Assembly (NCBI GenBank): GCA_046758865.1
Contig: JBHIBD010000002.1
Coordinates: forward strand, 4,128-68,127
Source: Candidatus Brocadiales bacterium
Lineage (GTDB): Bacteria; Planctomycetota; Brocadiia; Brocadiales; Bathyanammoxibiaceae
Length of the DNA: 64,000 nt
Direction: 5' to 3'
Part shown: piece after piece, positions 9,835 through 18,784 of the stretch
How the letters are laid out: each line of letters starts with the position of its first letter
How positions within the stretch are numbered: the stretch's first letter is position 1
Made by a program: the position numbers and the translations under genes
The notes under the pieces: model-generated
The model's input: only the letters and a program-made list of their open reading frames with translations
Database searches by the model: none
What the model was told of the DNA's origin: nothing

Positions 9835-10593
9835 ATGTTAATCGCCGTAGACATTGGCAATACAAACATCCACCTGGGCTTATTTGACCTCGATAGCAGG
9901 CAATTAGTCAGCCGTTTCACGGTGAGTGCCTCTAATACTCACTTGAAGAACCTCCCTGTAGATTCGTTTATACTACAGAGTGCTTCTGACTGCATATTGG
10001 CCTCTGTTAATCCGAGGGCAGAAAGTGCCTTTTGCAACTGGTTAGATTCCAGATGGGACAGAAGCCCCCTCAGGATCCCCATTGACGTACCTATCCACAT
10101 ACCAGTCCTGGTGAAAGACCCCGAGAGGGTAGGAGTGGATAGGCTGCTTAACGCCCTGGCAGCCTTCCAGAGGACCGGCACTACAACCATTGTGGTGGAC
10201 GTAGGGACTGCTATAACTATAGATGTTATATCAAACAAAGGTGAGTTTCTGGGCGGGGTAATAGCTCCAGGGCTCGAGTCCCTCAAGGAGGCACTGCACA
10301 CGCGCACGGCCTTCCTGCCTAAAGTATCAGTGCAAAGACCACAACACGTCCTGGGTAAAGACACGGAGAAGGCTGTTAGAACAGGACTCTACTGGGGTGG
10401 GGTAGGAGTGATAGAGAAGATTACAAAAAAGCTCATAGAGGAACTGGGCAATAAGCCCAGTGTTTTGGCTACCGGTGGAGATGCAGAACTCCTTGCAAAC
10501 GAAATACAATTAATAGACAGAGTGGTTCCTCATCTTACACTCGAAGGCATCCTGACCGCCTACAATGCGCAATTTAGCGGCAAAGGCATCTGA
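9835..10593 (+). CDS. coaX: Type III pantothenate kinase
   Basis: MLIAVDIGNTNIHLGLF start, VVDVGTAITID and GGDA motifs. Confidence 0.9.
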   Translation: MLIAVDIGNTNIHLGLFDLDSRQLVSRFTVSASNTHLKNLPVDSFILQSASDCILASVNPRAESAFCNWLDSRWDRSPLRIPIDVPIHIPVLVKDPERVGVDRLLNALAAFQRTGTTTIVVDVGTAITIDVISNKGEFLGGVIAPGLESLKEALHTRTAFLPKVSVQRPQHVLGKDTEKAVRTGLYWGGVGVIEKITKKLIEELGNKPSVLATGGDAELLANEIQLIDRVVPHLTLEGILTAYNAQFSGKGI

Positions 10594-10597
10594 CTAC

Positions 10598-11068
10598 CTA
10601 CTTGTCTTCCTTATCTCCTATTACCGTGCCTGTCCTCTTAACCCTGGCTATAAGCTCCCGGTACCTCTTATCGCCCCTCAGTCTTTCCAGGTCCTTATCC
10701 GTTTCTATGTGTCGAATGTCCTTATAGCCCAGCGTTATTGAAATCTCCAGTTCTTTTAGGGCGGCATCTACGTAGCCTGTAAGGCAATAACTGCAGGCAA
10801 GATTGTAGCGCACGACGGGGTCCTCGGGCCTAAGCTCCACAAGCCTCTTATCCACCTTTAATCCTTCTTCATGTCTTCCAACGGCCGTGTAGGCATTTCC
10901 AAGGTACAAGAGACAATCAGTGTAGTTCGGGTTGTTCTCCAGTACCCCCTCCAGGAACCATATTGTGAAATCCTCTCCCGGCCTCTTGAACTCATCCGAC
11001 CTCAGCTGAAAGCTGTATTGTGGCAGGGTAATAGATGGAAATTGATACGAACCAGACAGCTTATCCAT
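10598..11068 (-). CDS. TPR-repeat protein
   Basis: 156 aa with TPR-like YLGNAY / YNLACSY repeats. Confidence 0.7.
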   Translation of the reverse strand: MDKLSGSYQFPSITLPQYSFQLRSDEFKRPGEDFTIWFLEGVLENNPNYTDCLLYLGNAYTAVGRHEEGLKVDKRLVELRPEDPVVRYNLACSYCLTGYVDAALKELEISITLGYKDIRHIETDKDLERLRGDKRYRELIARVKRTGTVIGDKEDK

Positions 11069-11270
11069 AATGTAGGCCCTTTCTGCCGATATGATTTCTC
11101 AATCCAAAATCCCCTTTTTGCCCCTGTCATAAATATCCAAAAGTATGTGAGTTGTCAATGTTTAAAACGCCAGACCTTTGCAGTATAATCCTTTGACACA
11201 ACAAAGATTATATGATATAGTTCCTTAAGGGACGTTATGTAACTGTCCATATTTAAAGGGGGGGACGGAG

Positions 11271-12209
11271 TTGAGGTCAGTATTGTTAGTGCTATGCCTG
11301 TTGTTCCTCGCAAGTCTCTCTGTGGCGGAAAGCGCCACACTAGAGGCCAAGGAAGGGCCAGCGACACGAGAAACAGAAAAGTCTGCAACGGCTAAGGGGT
11401 CAGGAAAAGACCCCACTACCTCACCAGAGAAAAGAGCAGAGACCTCCACTAAGGTGTCCAAAGAAGCAAAGAAGCAACCTGCCGGCCAAGAAAGCGTCCG
11501 GAAAAGCCCTCCACCTGAATCCAAACCGAAAGTAGCAGAAAAAGGGGATACCGGGGCCTTATTTTCAGTAGAGGAGAGTGAAAGAGCACACAAAGAACAA
11601 ATTAGTATACACGAAATGGTGTCAGAAAAGGCAGGAGGTGAGTCCTTATTCTCTGTGGAGGAGGCCGAAAAAGCGGGTAAAGAACAGACTAGTATACACG
11701 AAATGGTGCCAGAGAAGGCAAAAGAGGAAAAAGACGTGTCCTTATTCTCTGTAGAGAAGGCCGAAAAAGAGGCCAAGCGTCGTATCGCCCGTCCAAAGAT
11801 AAGGGCTCGGAGGCCCCACGTAACCAGACGTAAGGCTGAAAAGGCAGAGAAAGAGGCGCGAGAAAAGGTCCCCCTAACCCGCCGTAAGGCCGAGAAGAAA
11901 AAAGACGATTGGGTGAAGATTGAACTTGGGTTTGCATACAAAGACATTCAGCTATTTCAGGGCAGCTACACCTTTGAGTCCCATTTTATTGGTGAAATGG
12001 TTAATAAGAGTGGCAGGGATTTTGGCATAGTAAAATTTATGTTTAGTGCCTACGACAGACGCGGTAAGCTAATATCCGAAGAACCCTTCCAAATAACAGA
12101 CTTTTATGATGGCCAGATAAAGACCTTTAAGGGCACTGTGGTGGACGGTTACAAGGATATAACAAGTCACAAGATAAGATTTATATCGGGGGCCCCGACC
12201 GCAGGGTGA
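11271..12209 (+). CDS. Secreted Lys/Glu-rich repeat protein with C-terminal beta-rich domain (hypothetical)
   Basis: Signal-peptide-like N-terminus (LLVLCLLFLASLSVAES), internal LFSVEExEKAxKEQxSIHEMVxEKA repeats, TTG start after a G-rich RBS. Confidence 0.6.
   Translation: MRSVLLVLCLLFLASLSVAESATLEAKEGPATRETEKSATAKGSGKDPTTSPEKRAETSTKVSKEAKKQPAGQESVRKSPPPESKPKVAEKGDTGALFSVEESERAHKEQISIHEMVSEKAGGESLFSVEEAEKAGKEQTSIHEMVPEKAKEEKDVSLFSVEKAEKEAKRRIARPKIRARRPHVTRRKAEKAEKEAREKVPLTRRKAEKKKDDWVKIELGFAYKDIQLFQGSYTFESHFIGEMVNKSGRDFGIVKFMFSAYDRRGKLISEEPFQITDFYDGQIKTFKGTVVDGYKDITSHKIRFISGAPTAG
11557..11780 (+). repeat. In-frame tandem repeat, ~2.5 units of ~87-96 bp, inside CDS 11271-12209
   Basis: TTATT(T/C)TC(A/T)GT(A/G)GAGGAG...AGTATACACGAAATGGTG recurs. 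Confidence 0.75.
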
Positions 12210-12219
12210 TAGACTATTT

Positions 12220-12837
12220 ATGACAATAGAAGACTCGCACCCGCAAGAAGAACAAGCTACGCAGGAAGAACAAAGTACTGAAATTATCCCCCCCACAAGA
12301 GAGAAAAGCCCCACAGAAGGAGACCTCAAAGAGATTCGGCCCATTCTTGAGGCCCTGCTTTTTGCAACTGACCAACCCGTAACGATAAAGAGACTTACAG
12401 AGATAGTGGGTGCAGAAAAGGGTAAAATCCTCAAGGCCATTGAGGAGTTGCGTAAAGAGTATGACAGCATGGGAAGGGCATTCCAGATAGAAGAGATAGC
12501 AGGTGGCTTTCTAATCCTTTCCAGGCCGGAATACCATCAGTGGATTGCTGGACTAGAGAAAAAGGTTCGAGAGTCGAAACTTTCGCCAGCGGCCATGGAG
12601 ACGCTATCCATTATCGCCTACAAGCAACCTATCCTTCGTTCTACTGTAGAGGCCATAAGGGGCGTAGAATCCAGCCAGACGCTGCGGAGCCTCTTAGAAA
12701 AGGGCCTGGTAAAGATAGTGGGGCGAGACGAAACGCTGGGACGCCCACTCCTTTACGGAACCACAAAAAAATTCCTTGAATACTTTGGTCTCCGTTCCCT
12801 CCGCGACCTCCCCAGAACCCGGGAAGTATCTTCCTAG
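12220..12837 (+). CDS. scpB: Segregation and condensation protein B
   Basis: ILEALLFATDQPVTIKRL and LSPAAMETLSIIAYKQPI winged-helix motifs. Confidence 0.9.
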   Translation: MTIEDSHPQEEQATQEEQSTEIIPPTREKSPTEGDLKEIRPILEALLFATDQPVTIKRLTEIVGAEKGKILKAIEELRKEYDSMGRAFQIEEIAGGFLILSRPEYHQWIAGLEKKVRESKLSPAAMETLSIIAYKQPILRSTVEAIRGVESSQTLRSLLEKGLVKIVGRDETLGRPLLYGTTKKFLEYFGLRSLRDLPRTREVSS

Positions 12838-12842
12838 AATAT

Positions 12843-13904
12843 ATGGAACTTTTGGTAAAGACTATCAATAACATCGAAGAGGTCGAGATAGACCCACAGG
12901 GAGAGATACGGGCAAGGATGGATGAATGGGCCATCCCCAGAGGTAGTCTGGGCCGGTTGGAGGAACTGGCCATACTTTATGCCTCGATAAGGGCAGTGCC
13001 TGAGAAGAAAATTAGGGACAAGGTAGTATTTACCATGGCAGGCGACCATGGTGTGGTGGCTGAGGGAGTAAGCGCCTTTCCCCAGGAAGTGACCAAACAG
13101 ATGGTGAGAAATTTTCTAAGCGGTGTTGCCGCTATAAACGTCCTGGCAAGACATGTGGGCGCAAGGGTGGTGGTCGTAGACTGTGGTGTGGCAGGCGAAC
13201 TTCCCCCCGCCCCAGGGTTAAAAACAAAAAAGATAAGCCATGGCACCAGGAACATAGCAAAGGGTCCGGCAATGTCCCCTGAGGAAGCCGTAAAGTCTAT
13301 AGAACTGGGCATAGAAGCCCTGGAAGAAGAACTTCGGTATGGTACTGATTTAGTTGCCGTGGGGGATATGGGCATAGGAAACACCACACCTAGCAGTGCA
13401 GTACTTGCTGCCTTGAGTGGCGCAGACATAAAAGATGTGACAGGGCAGGGGACGGGTGTTGATGGCGCTGGTCTGGCCCGTAAACTCAAGGTAGTCGAGA
13501 TGGCCCTAAATGCAAATCAGCCGAACCCCAAAGACCCAATGGATGTCCTAGCAAAGGTTGGGGGGTACGAAATAGGCGCCATTGCAGGGGTATGCCTTGG
13601 GGCGGCGAGGCACAGGCGCCCCGTAATTATAGACGGCTTCATATCCACAGCAGGTGCCCTCCTGGCCTCTCACATAGAACCCAAGGTGAAGGACTATTTG
13701 ATGGCATCCCATCTCTCCACCGAAAGAGGCCACCGCCTCATGCTGGAGAAGCTCGGCAAAAGGCCCGTACTCGACCTGGAAATGCGGCTGGGAGAAGGCA
13801 CCGGGGCAGTACTGGCCATGGGACTTGTGGAGGCCTCTGTAAAACTTCTGACACAGATGACCACGTTTAGCGAGGCAGGGGTTAGCAGGGCCTTGACCCA
13901 GTAG
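12843..13904 (+). CDS. cobT: Nicotinate-nucleotide--dimethylbenzimidazole phosphoribosyltransferase
   Basis: GSLGRLEELA, GDMGIGNTT and MRLGEGTGA motifs. Confidence 0.9.
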   Translation: MELLVKTINNIEEVEIDPQGEIRARMDEWAIPRGSLGRLEELAILYASIRAVPEKKIRDKVVFTMAGDHGVVAEGVSAFPQEVTKQMVRNFLSGVAAINVLARHVGARVVVVDCGVAGELPPAPGLKTKKISHGTRNIAKGPAMSPEEAVKSIELGIEALEEELRYGTDLVAVGDMGIGNTTPSSAVLAALSGADIKDVTGQGTGVDGAGLARKLKVVEMALNANQPNPKDPMDVLAKVGGYEIGAIAGVCLGAARHRRPVIIDGFISTAGALLASHIEPKVKDYLMASHLSTERGHRLMLEKLGKRPVLDLEMRLGEGTGAVLAMGLVEASVKLLTQMTTFSEAGVSRALTQ

Positions 13905-13953
13905 TTTCATCCGAATATGCTAAACCCATTACCTCTAGCCCGAGAGGTAGAAG

Positions 13954-15027
13954 GTGAGACTTGGTATTATAGGCCTCCCTAAGAGTGGGAAGACGACGGT
14001 GTTTGACGCCGTTGTAGGTCCCCATAAGGAAAGACATGCCCCACCTGACAGCGCTGTACAAAATATTGCGGTCGTCAAGGTCCCCGATGAACGCCTGAAC
14101 CTTCTAAAAAAGATATTTCCCGAAAAGAAGGCCACGCCTGCCACCGTGGAGCTGCTTGAGCTGCATGGCATATTCCCCAGCCCCTGGGAGGCACGCACAG
14201 ATGCCGCATCTTCCCTTGCACTCCTCAGGGAAATGGATGCGATAATAGAAGTGGTCAGAGTTTTTGTGAGCGAAGTTGTTCCCCACCCAAAGGGTTCCGT
14301 TGACCATGAAAGAGATATAAAGGACATGGACCAGGAGCTCATTCTCAACGACCTCCTCCTCGTGGATAAGAGGATTGAGAAGCTGGAAATCTCTGTAAAG
14401 AAACCTACCCGTACCCAGCAGAGTGATAAGGAGGAACTCGACGTACTCCGCCAGTGTAAGGAGGCCCTGGAAAAAAGCAGGGAGATAATAGATATTGACC
14501 TCACCCCCGAGCAGAAGAAGCTTATAAGGGGATTCTGCTTCCTCACTGAAAAGCAGAGGATTGTGGTAGAAAATGTAGGGGAAGACCAGTTGGGTGAGGC
14601 CGTCAAAGAATCTCCCAGCCGTGCAAAGGAGGTCCTGGCATTTTGTGCAAAGCTGGAGCAAGAGATGTGGGACCTGGATGACAAGGAGCGCCAGGAATTT
14701 CAGAAGGAATGGGGTATCGTTGAACCCGCGTCAGATAGACTGCTTAAGGCATGCTGGCACATCCTGGACCTGGTATCCTTTTATACTATTGAGGGGGATG
14801 AAATGAGGGTATGGCCCCTGCCCAAGGGCCAGACGGCACATACTGCCGCTGGAAAGATTCATACAGATATTGCCAGGGGCTTTATAAAGGCCGAAGTAAT
14901 GGCCCTCACTGACTTAGTGGAGCTGGGATCCATAAAGGAGGTGAAGGCCCACGGGAAGCTCCACCTGGTGGGCAAGGATTATATAGTCCAAGACGGCGAC
15001 ATCGTCACCTTTCGCTTTCATGTATGA
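13954..15027 (+). CDS. ychF: Redox-regulated ribosome-binding ATPase YchF
   Basis: GIIGLPKSGKTT P-loop and C-terminal TGS-like DGDIVTFRF. GTG start. Confidence 0.9.
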   Translation: MRLGIIGLPKSGKTTVFDAVVGPHKERHAPPDSAVQNIAVVKVPDERLNLLKKIFPEKKATPATVELLELHGIFPSPWEARTDAASSLALLREMDAIIEVVRVFVSEVVPHPKGSVDHERDIKDMDQELILNDLLLVDKRIEKLEISVKKPTRTQQSDKEELDVLRQCKEALEKSREIIDIDLTPEQKKLIRGFCFLTEKQRIVVENVGEDQLGEAVKESPSRAKEVLAFCAKLEQEMWDLDDKERQEFQKEWGIVEPASDRLLKACWHILDLVSFYTIEGDEMRVWPLPKGQTAHTAAGKIHTDIARGFIKAEVMALTDLVELGSIKEVKAHGKLHLVGKDYIVQDGDIVTFRFHV

Positions 15028-16268
15028 AGACAGCAGAGATAATTGCTACAGGCAGCGAGCTCGTCCAGGGTGAGGTTGTAAACACCAATGCAGCCCATAT
15101 AGCCGAGGAACTCACCCGAATAGGAGTAACCGTGCTCCATCACACCACAGTTGGAGATGAGCTTGTAGCGATAGGCTCGGCCATGGAGAGGGCACTGGAG
15201 AGGGCCGACCTTATCATAGTTACTGGTGGCCTTGGACCCACTCATGACGACGTCACCAGAGATGCCGCTGCAATGGCCTCGGGTAAGAGGCTAGTTGCGG
15301 ACGAGAACGCCCTCTCCCAGATAAAGAAATCCTTTCGCTGCCAAGATACGGAGATGCCCCCTTCTAACATCCGCCAGGCCATGATACCGGAAGGCGCAAC
15401 CGTGATACCAAACAAGATAGGCACGGCACCAGGTTTTTCCCTCAAACACAATAACAAGGAGATAATCTGCATCCCAGGCGTGCCGCAGGAGATGAAGCGG
15501 ATGTTCGAAGACTGGGTGGTGCCACACGTGCGTGAGGCATTGGACACCCAGGTAGTTCGGCTCCATAGGAAGATACATGTCTTTGGCCTCCCAGAGGCGT
15601 TGGTGGGTGAGAAGATAGGGCACCTGATGTCACCGGAGTCAAACCCATCTGTCAGCACAATGGTACACGATGGTGTCATCACCATTCGCCTGATGGCGGA
15701 GGCGCGGGAGGAGGTTTGGGCCAGGGCATACCTGGGTAAGGCCGAGGCTGAGATACGCAGGCTTCTGGGGAATGCCGTTTACGGCACTGATGACGATACG
15801 CTTGAAGGCGTAGTGGCTGCGTTACTAAAAAAACATGACAAGACTATCGCAGTGGCAGAGTCCTGCACGGGTGGCTTGATAGGGAATCTACTCACTGACA
15901 TCCCGGGGATGTCAGAGCACCTTCTGGAAGACGTGGTCACATACACCATAAGGTCCAAGGCACATTTTCTGGAAGTGCCAGAGGAACTTATGAGAAAGAC
16001 AGGTGTGGTAAACGTCGAGACGGCCAGTATGATGGCCCAGGCAGTAAGAGAGAAGACTGGGGCCGATATAGGCCTCTCCATCACCGGCGTAGCAGGCCCC
16101 ACAAGCCAACACCCGAAAGAACCTGTGGGCCTTGTGTATGCCGCCCTCGCCACAGCAGAGGGTGTAAAGCACAGGGACTTCCATTTCCGAGGCACCAGAA
16201 AATGGATAAAGCTCCTGGCTGCCAAGTATGCCCTGGATATGGTAAGACTGAAATTGCTGACCATGTAG
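15024..16268 (+). CDS. cinA: CinA (MoCF-type domain + nicotinamide-nucleotide amidohydrolase PncC domain)
   Basis: 414 aa. IIATGSELVQGEVVNTN start, TGGLGPTHDD, and C-terminal AESCTGG. Confidence 0.9.
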   Translation: MKTAEIIATGSELVQGEVVNTNAAHIAEELTRIGVTVLHHTTVGDELVAIGSAMERALERADLIIVTGGLGPTHDDVTRDAAAMASGKRLVADENALSQIKKSFRCQDTEMPPSNIRQAMIPEGATVIPNKIGTAPGFSLKHNNKEIICIPGVPQEMKRMFEDWVVPHVREALDTQVVRLHRKIHVFGLPEALVGEKIGHLMSPESNPSVSTMVHDGVITIRLMAEAREEVWARAYLGKAEAEIRRLLGNAVYGTDDDTLEGVVAALLKKHDKTIAVAESCTGGLIGNLLTDIPGMSEHLLEDVVTYTIRSKAHFLEVPEELMRKTGVVNVETASMMAQAVREKTGADIGLSITGVAGPTSQHPKEPVGLVYAALATAEGVKHRDFHFRGTRKWIKLLAAKYALDMVRLKLLTM

Positions 16269-16291
16269 TTATAATAATAAGGAGCAAAGTT

Positions 16292-16546
16292 ATGTTCACT
16301 AGCGCACTCTATTACCCCTACATCTTGATACCTGATAATTTGTGGCTAAGAAGGGCAATTCTGTACTGGGATAGTATAAATCCTATTATTCCTCGGAAAG
16401 TTGCGCACGAAATTCCTGAAAGTCATATTTCTAGGGAATTACAGAGTTATGGCGCACTTACATTTATTTACCCTGAGGATATTCTGGAAGATCAGGAAGG
16501 ACACGATCTTTCTGATGTCTTTAATGTAAAAAGCAAGCTAGGTTAA
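16292..16546 (+). pseudogene. Short AT-rich ORF, probably an N-terminal remnant of a larger hypothetical protein
   Basis: 84 aa (MFTSALYYPYILIPDNLWLRRAILYWDSINPIIP...). I recall similar N-termini in ~300-aa DUF6236-type proteins but cannot verify that. Lies in a visibly AT-richer islet. Confidence 0.35.
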
Positions 16547-16589
16547 AATGGTGTATTTCTCATTAGCCGCAGGGGGGTTCCATAAATAG

Positions 16590-16889
16590 ATGGAAATAGA
16601 GATAATTCAGGCTAAGATAAGAGACGGAGAATACCGATTTTCTGACCATGCTGTGAAGAAGATGATTGAGAGGACAATAAACCGTGCTGATGTGGAAGAG
16701 GCCGTACTTTCAGGCGAGATTATCGAGGAATATCCTCACGATAAATACTCACCGAGTTGCCTTATCTATGGAAAGACAAACAAAGGCAGGCATATGCACG
16801 TTCAGATCTCGCAACCCCCAAGCGTAGTTATTATTACTACTTATGAACCCAGCACATCGGAATGGGTAGATTATAAGGTCAGGAGGTAG
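16590..16889 (+). CDS. DUF4258-domain toxin-like protein
   Basis: RFSDHAVKKMIERTI...HMHVQIS...VIITTYEP pattern of DUF4258. Confidence 0.75.
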   Translation: MEIEIIQAKIRDGEYRFSDHAVKKMIERTINRADVEEAVLSGEIIEEYPHDKYSPSCLIYGKTNKGRHMHVQISQPPSVVIITTYEPSTSEWVDYKVRR

Positions 16890-16896
16890 GATTGTC

Positions 16897-17130
16897 ATGA
16901 GATGTACCTTTTGTGGCGGAAAGGTAGAAAAGAAGAGCGTAACATTCAGTTACGAAGAGGCAGATAAGTTTCTCCTGGTGGAAAACGTACCGGCAGAGGT
17001 CTGCACCAAATGTGGGGAAAAGACCTATTCGCCCGAAGTAACTGATGAGTTGTTACGCTTTGCCAAGGCCGAGGCCAAGCCTACAAAAACCCTTACAGTC
17101 CCTGTATTTGATTTTGCAATGAAGGATTGA
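16897..17130 (+). CDS. YgiT/MqsA-type zinc-ribbon antitoxin-like protein
   Basis: CTFCGG...VPAEVCTKCGE zinc ribbon, 77 aa, starts 8 nt after DUF4258. Confidence 0.75.
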   Translation: MRCTFCGGKVEKKSVTFSYEEADKFLLVENVPAEVCTKCGEKTYSPEVTDELLRFAKAEAKPTKTLTVPVFDFAMKD

Positions 17131-18515
17131 TTATAAAGGGTCGGGATATAAACGTGGTCAAATCATCGGTCTCTTACGTCTGTCAGGCGTGCGGTTGGCG
17201 CTCAAAGAAGTGGTTGGGTAGATGTGGTGGCTGTGGGGAGTGGGACTCCCTGATTGAGGAATATGAACCATCTGAATCTGCACCGAAGCATGTCACACTC
17301 CCGGGCGAAGAGCCGCGCCCGCTCTCTGAGATAGGCTTAACAGAGGAAGCACGCACCATTACCGGCATAGAGGAATTTGACCGGGTGTTGGGCGGGGGCG
17401 TTGTAAAGGGCTCGGCCGTCTTGATAGGCGGGCCGCCAGGGATAGGGAAGTCAACCCTGTTGCTACAGGTCTGCCACTCGATGGGCCAAAAGGGCCAGAC
17501 ACCGCTCTATATAACCGGCGAGGAATCACTTGTACAGGTAAGGCTGAGGGCGGACAGGCTGGGGATTGATTCGGGGGAAAAGATCCTGCTCGGCGTAGAG
17601 ACCAGCCTAGAGAATATCTTGGGGCATATCGAGACACTAAAACCCACCCTCACGGTGATAGACTCTATTCAGATGATATCCAAGGCCGGGCTCCCGTCCG
17701 CGCCAGGCACGCTTTCTCAGGTGAGTCAGTGTGCAAATGAGCTGGTCTTTGCAGCGAAGGCAGGAGGGTCGGCCGTCTTTATTGTGGGTCATGTGACCAA
17801 GCAGGGCATGCTGGCAGGCCCCAGGGTGCTGGAGCACATGGCCGATACGGTGCTCTACTTCGAGGGGGAGAAGGCCCGTCCCTTTAGGATATTGAGGGCG
17901 GTAAAGAACCGCTTTGGCCCCACCGACGAGGTAGCCATCTTCGAGATGAGGGCAGAGGGCCTGGGCCGGGTTGATGACCTTTCGAGGCTATTTCTCTCCT
18001 CTAATAATACGGTGACCTCCGGCACGGCGGTAATATCTGCCATGGAGGGGACCAGGGCGCTGCTACTTGAGGTCCAGGCCCTGGTTACTCGGACCAACTT
18101 CGGCACACCTGAGCGCAGGGTGAGCGGGGTAGACCGCAACCGTGTCTCCATGCTTATAGCAGTGCTCGAGAAACGCCTCGGCCTCCACCTGGGTAACCAG
18201 GACGTGTTTGTAAATGCTGTGGGGGGTGTGAGGGTGGATGAACCCGCGGCCGATATGGGCATCGCCATGAGCATAGCCTCGAGTTTTAAGGAGAAACCTA
18301 TCCCATCCGGTGTGGTACTTCTGGGTGAGGTGGGTCTGGCAGGCGAGGTAAGGGCTATTAGCTACGTTGGCACAAGGCTCCGCGAGGCGGCCCGTCACGG
18401 CTTTAAGAGGGCGATAATTCCTATAGACGGCTCAGGAGAGCTGGGAGACATTGGTGACATAGAGCTAATCAAGGTTTCAAATCTCACAGGGGCCGTGAAG
18501 CGTCTGTGGGGCTAG
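17127..18515 (+). CDS. radA: DNA repair protein RadA/Sms
   Basis: YVCQACGWRSKKWLGRCGGCGEWDS zinc finger, GGPPGIGKST Walker A, KNRFG, Lon-like C-terminus. The true start may be the GTG at 17154. Confidence 0.93.
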   Translation: MIIKGRDINVVKSSVSYVCQACGWRSKKWLGRCGGCGEWDSLIEEYEPSESAPKHVTLPGEEPRPLSEIGLTEEARTITGIEEFDRVLGGGVVKGSAVLIGGPPGIGKSTLLLQVCHSMGQKGQTPLYITGEESLVQVRLRADRLGIDSGEKILLGVETSLENILGHIETLKPTLTVIDSIQMISKAGLPSAPGTLSQVSQCANELVFAAKAGGSAVFIVGHVTKQGMLAGPRVLEHMADTVLYFEGEKARPFRILRAVKNRFGPTDEVAIFEMRAEGLGRVDDLSRLFLSSNNTVTSGTAVISAMEGTRALLLEVQALVTRTNFGTPERRVSGVDRNRVSMLIAVLEKRLGLHLGNQDVFVNAVGGVRVDEPAADMGIAMSIASSFKEKPIPSGVVLLGEVGLAGEVRAISYVGTRLREAARHGFKRAIIPIDGSGELGDIGDIELIKVSNLTGAVKRLWG

Positions 18516-18527
18516 GGTGTATCTTTT

Positions 18528-18784
18528 GTAGCGTCCGTTCTCCGCAACGGACGTAAGAAGGACGTCGCATACGGAGATACGACGCTACAAAATCTGAGGT
18601 GTGTAGGGTGCGTCTCGACGTACTTTACCTTGGTAGACAATGACCGTTAGGCTGAGCCGCTCACGGCCGAAGCCTTTATGGTCATTGGTTCAACGAAGTA
18701 AACTTCGTTGTCTACCACTTGCTCCAACGTTTTTGGGCTAAATGTCAACGTACGGTTGTAGGGGCGGGGTGACCCCGCCCCTAC
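18528..18784. repeat. Cluster of GTAG...CTAC palindromic (REP-like) elements
   Basis: GTAGCGTC...GACGCTAC (18528-18588), GTAGACAA...TTGTCTAC (18633-18715), GTAGGGGCGGGGTGACCCCGCCCCTAC (18758-18784). Confidence 0.85.

Noticed and set aside
11225-11947. 240-aa minus-strand ORF
   Set aside because: It is antisense to the Lys/Glu-rich repeat gene. Its Ser/Phe/Ala-rich low-complexity translation is the mirror of GAA/AAG-rich codons, so it is not an independent gene.
13935-14684. 249-aa minus-strand ORF, with similar long antisense ORFs at 5211-5801, 8830-9354, 34684-35229 and 60375-60962
   Set aside because: All lie fully inside strongly supported plus-strand genes (ychF, ptsI, obg, dnaX, HAO-like 2), have odd composition, and match no family.
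16202-16291. Upstream extension of ORF 16202-16546
   Set aside because: The first 30 codons overlap the cinA 3' end in another frame. The ATG at 16292, preceded by AAGGAG, is the plausible start of whatever remains of this gene.
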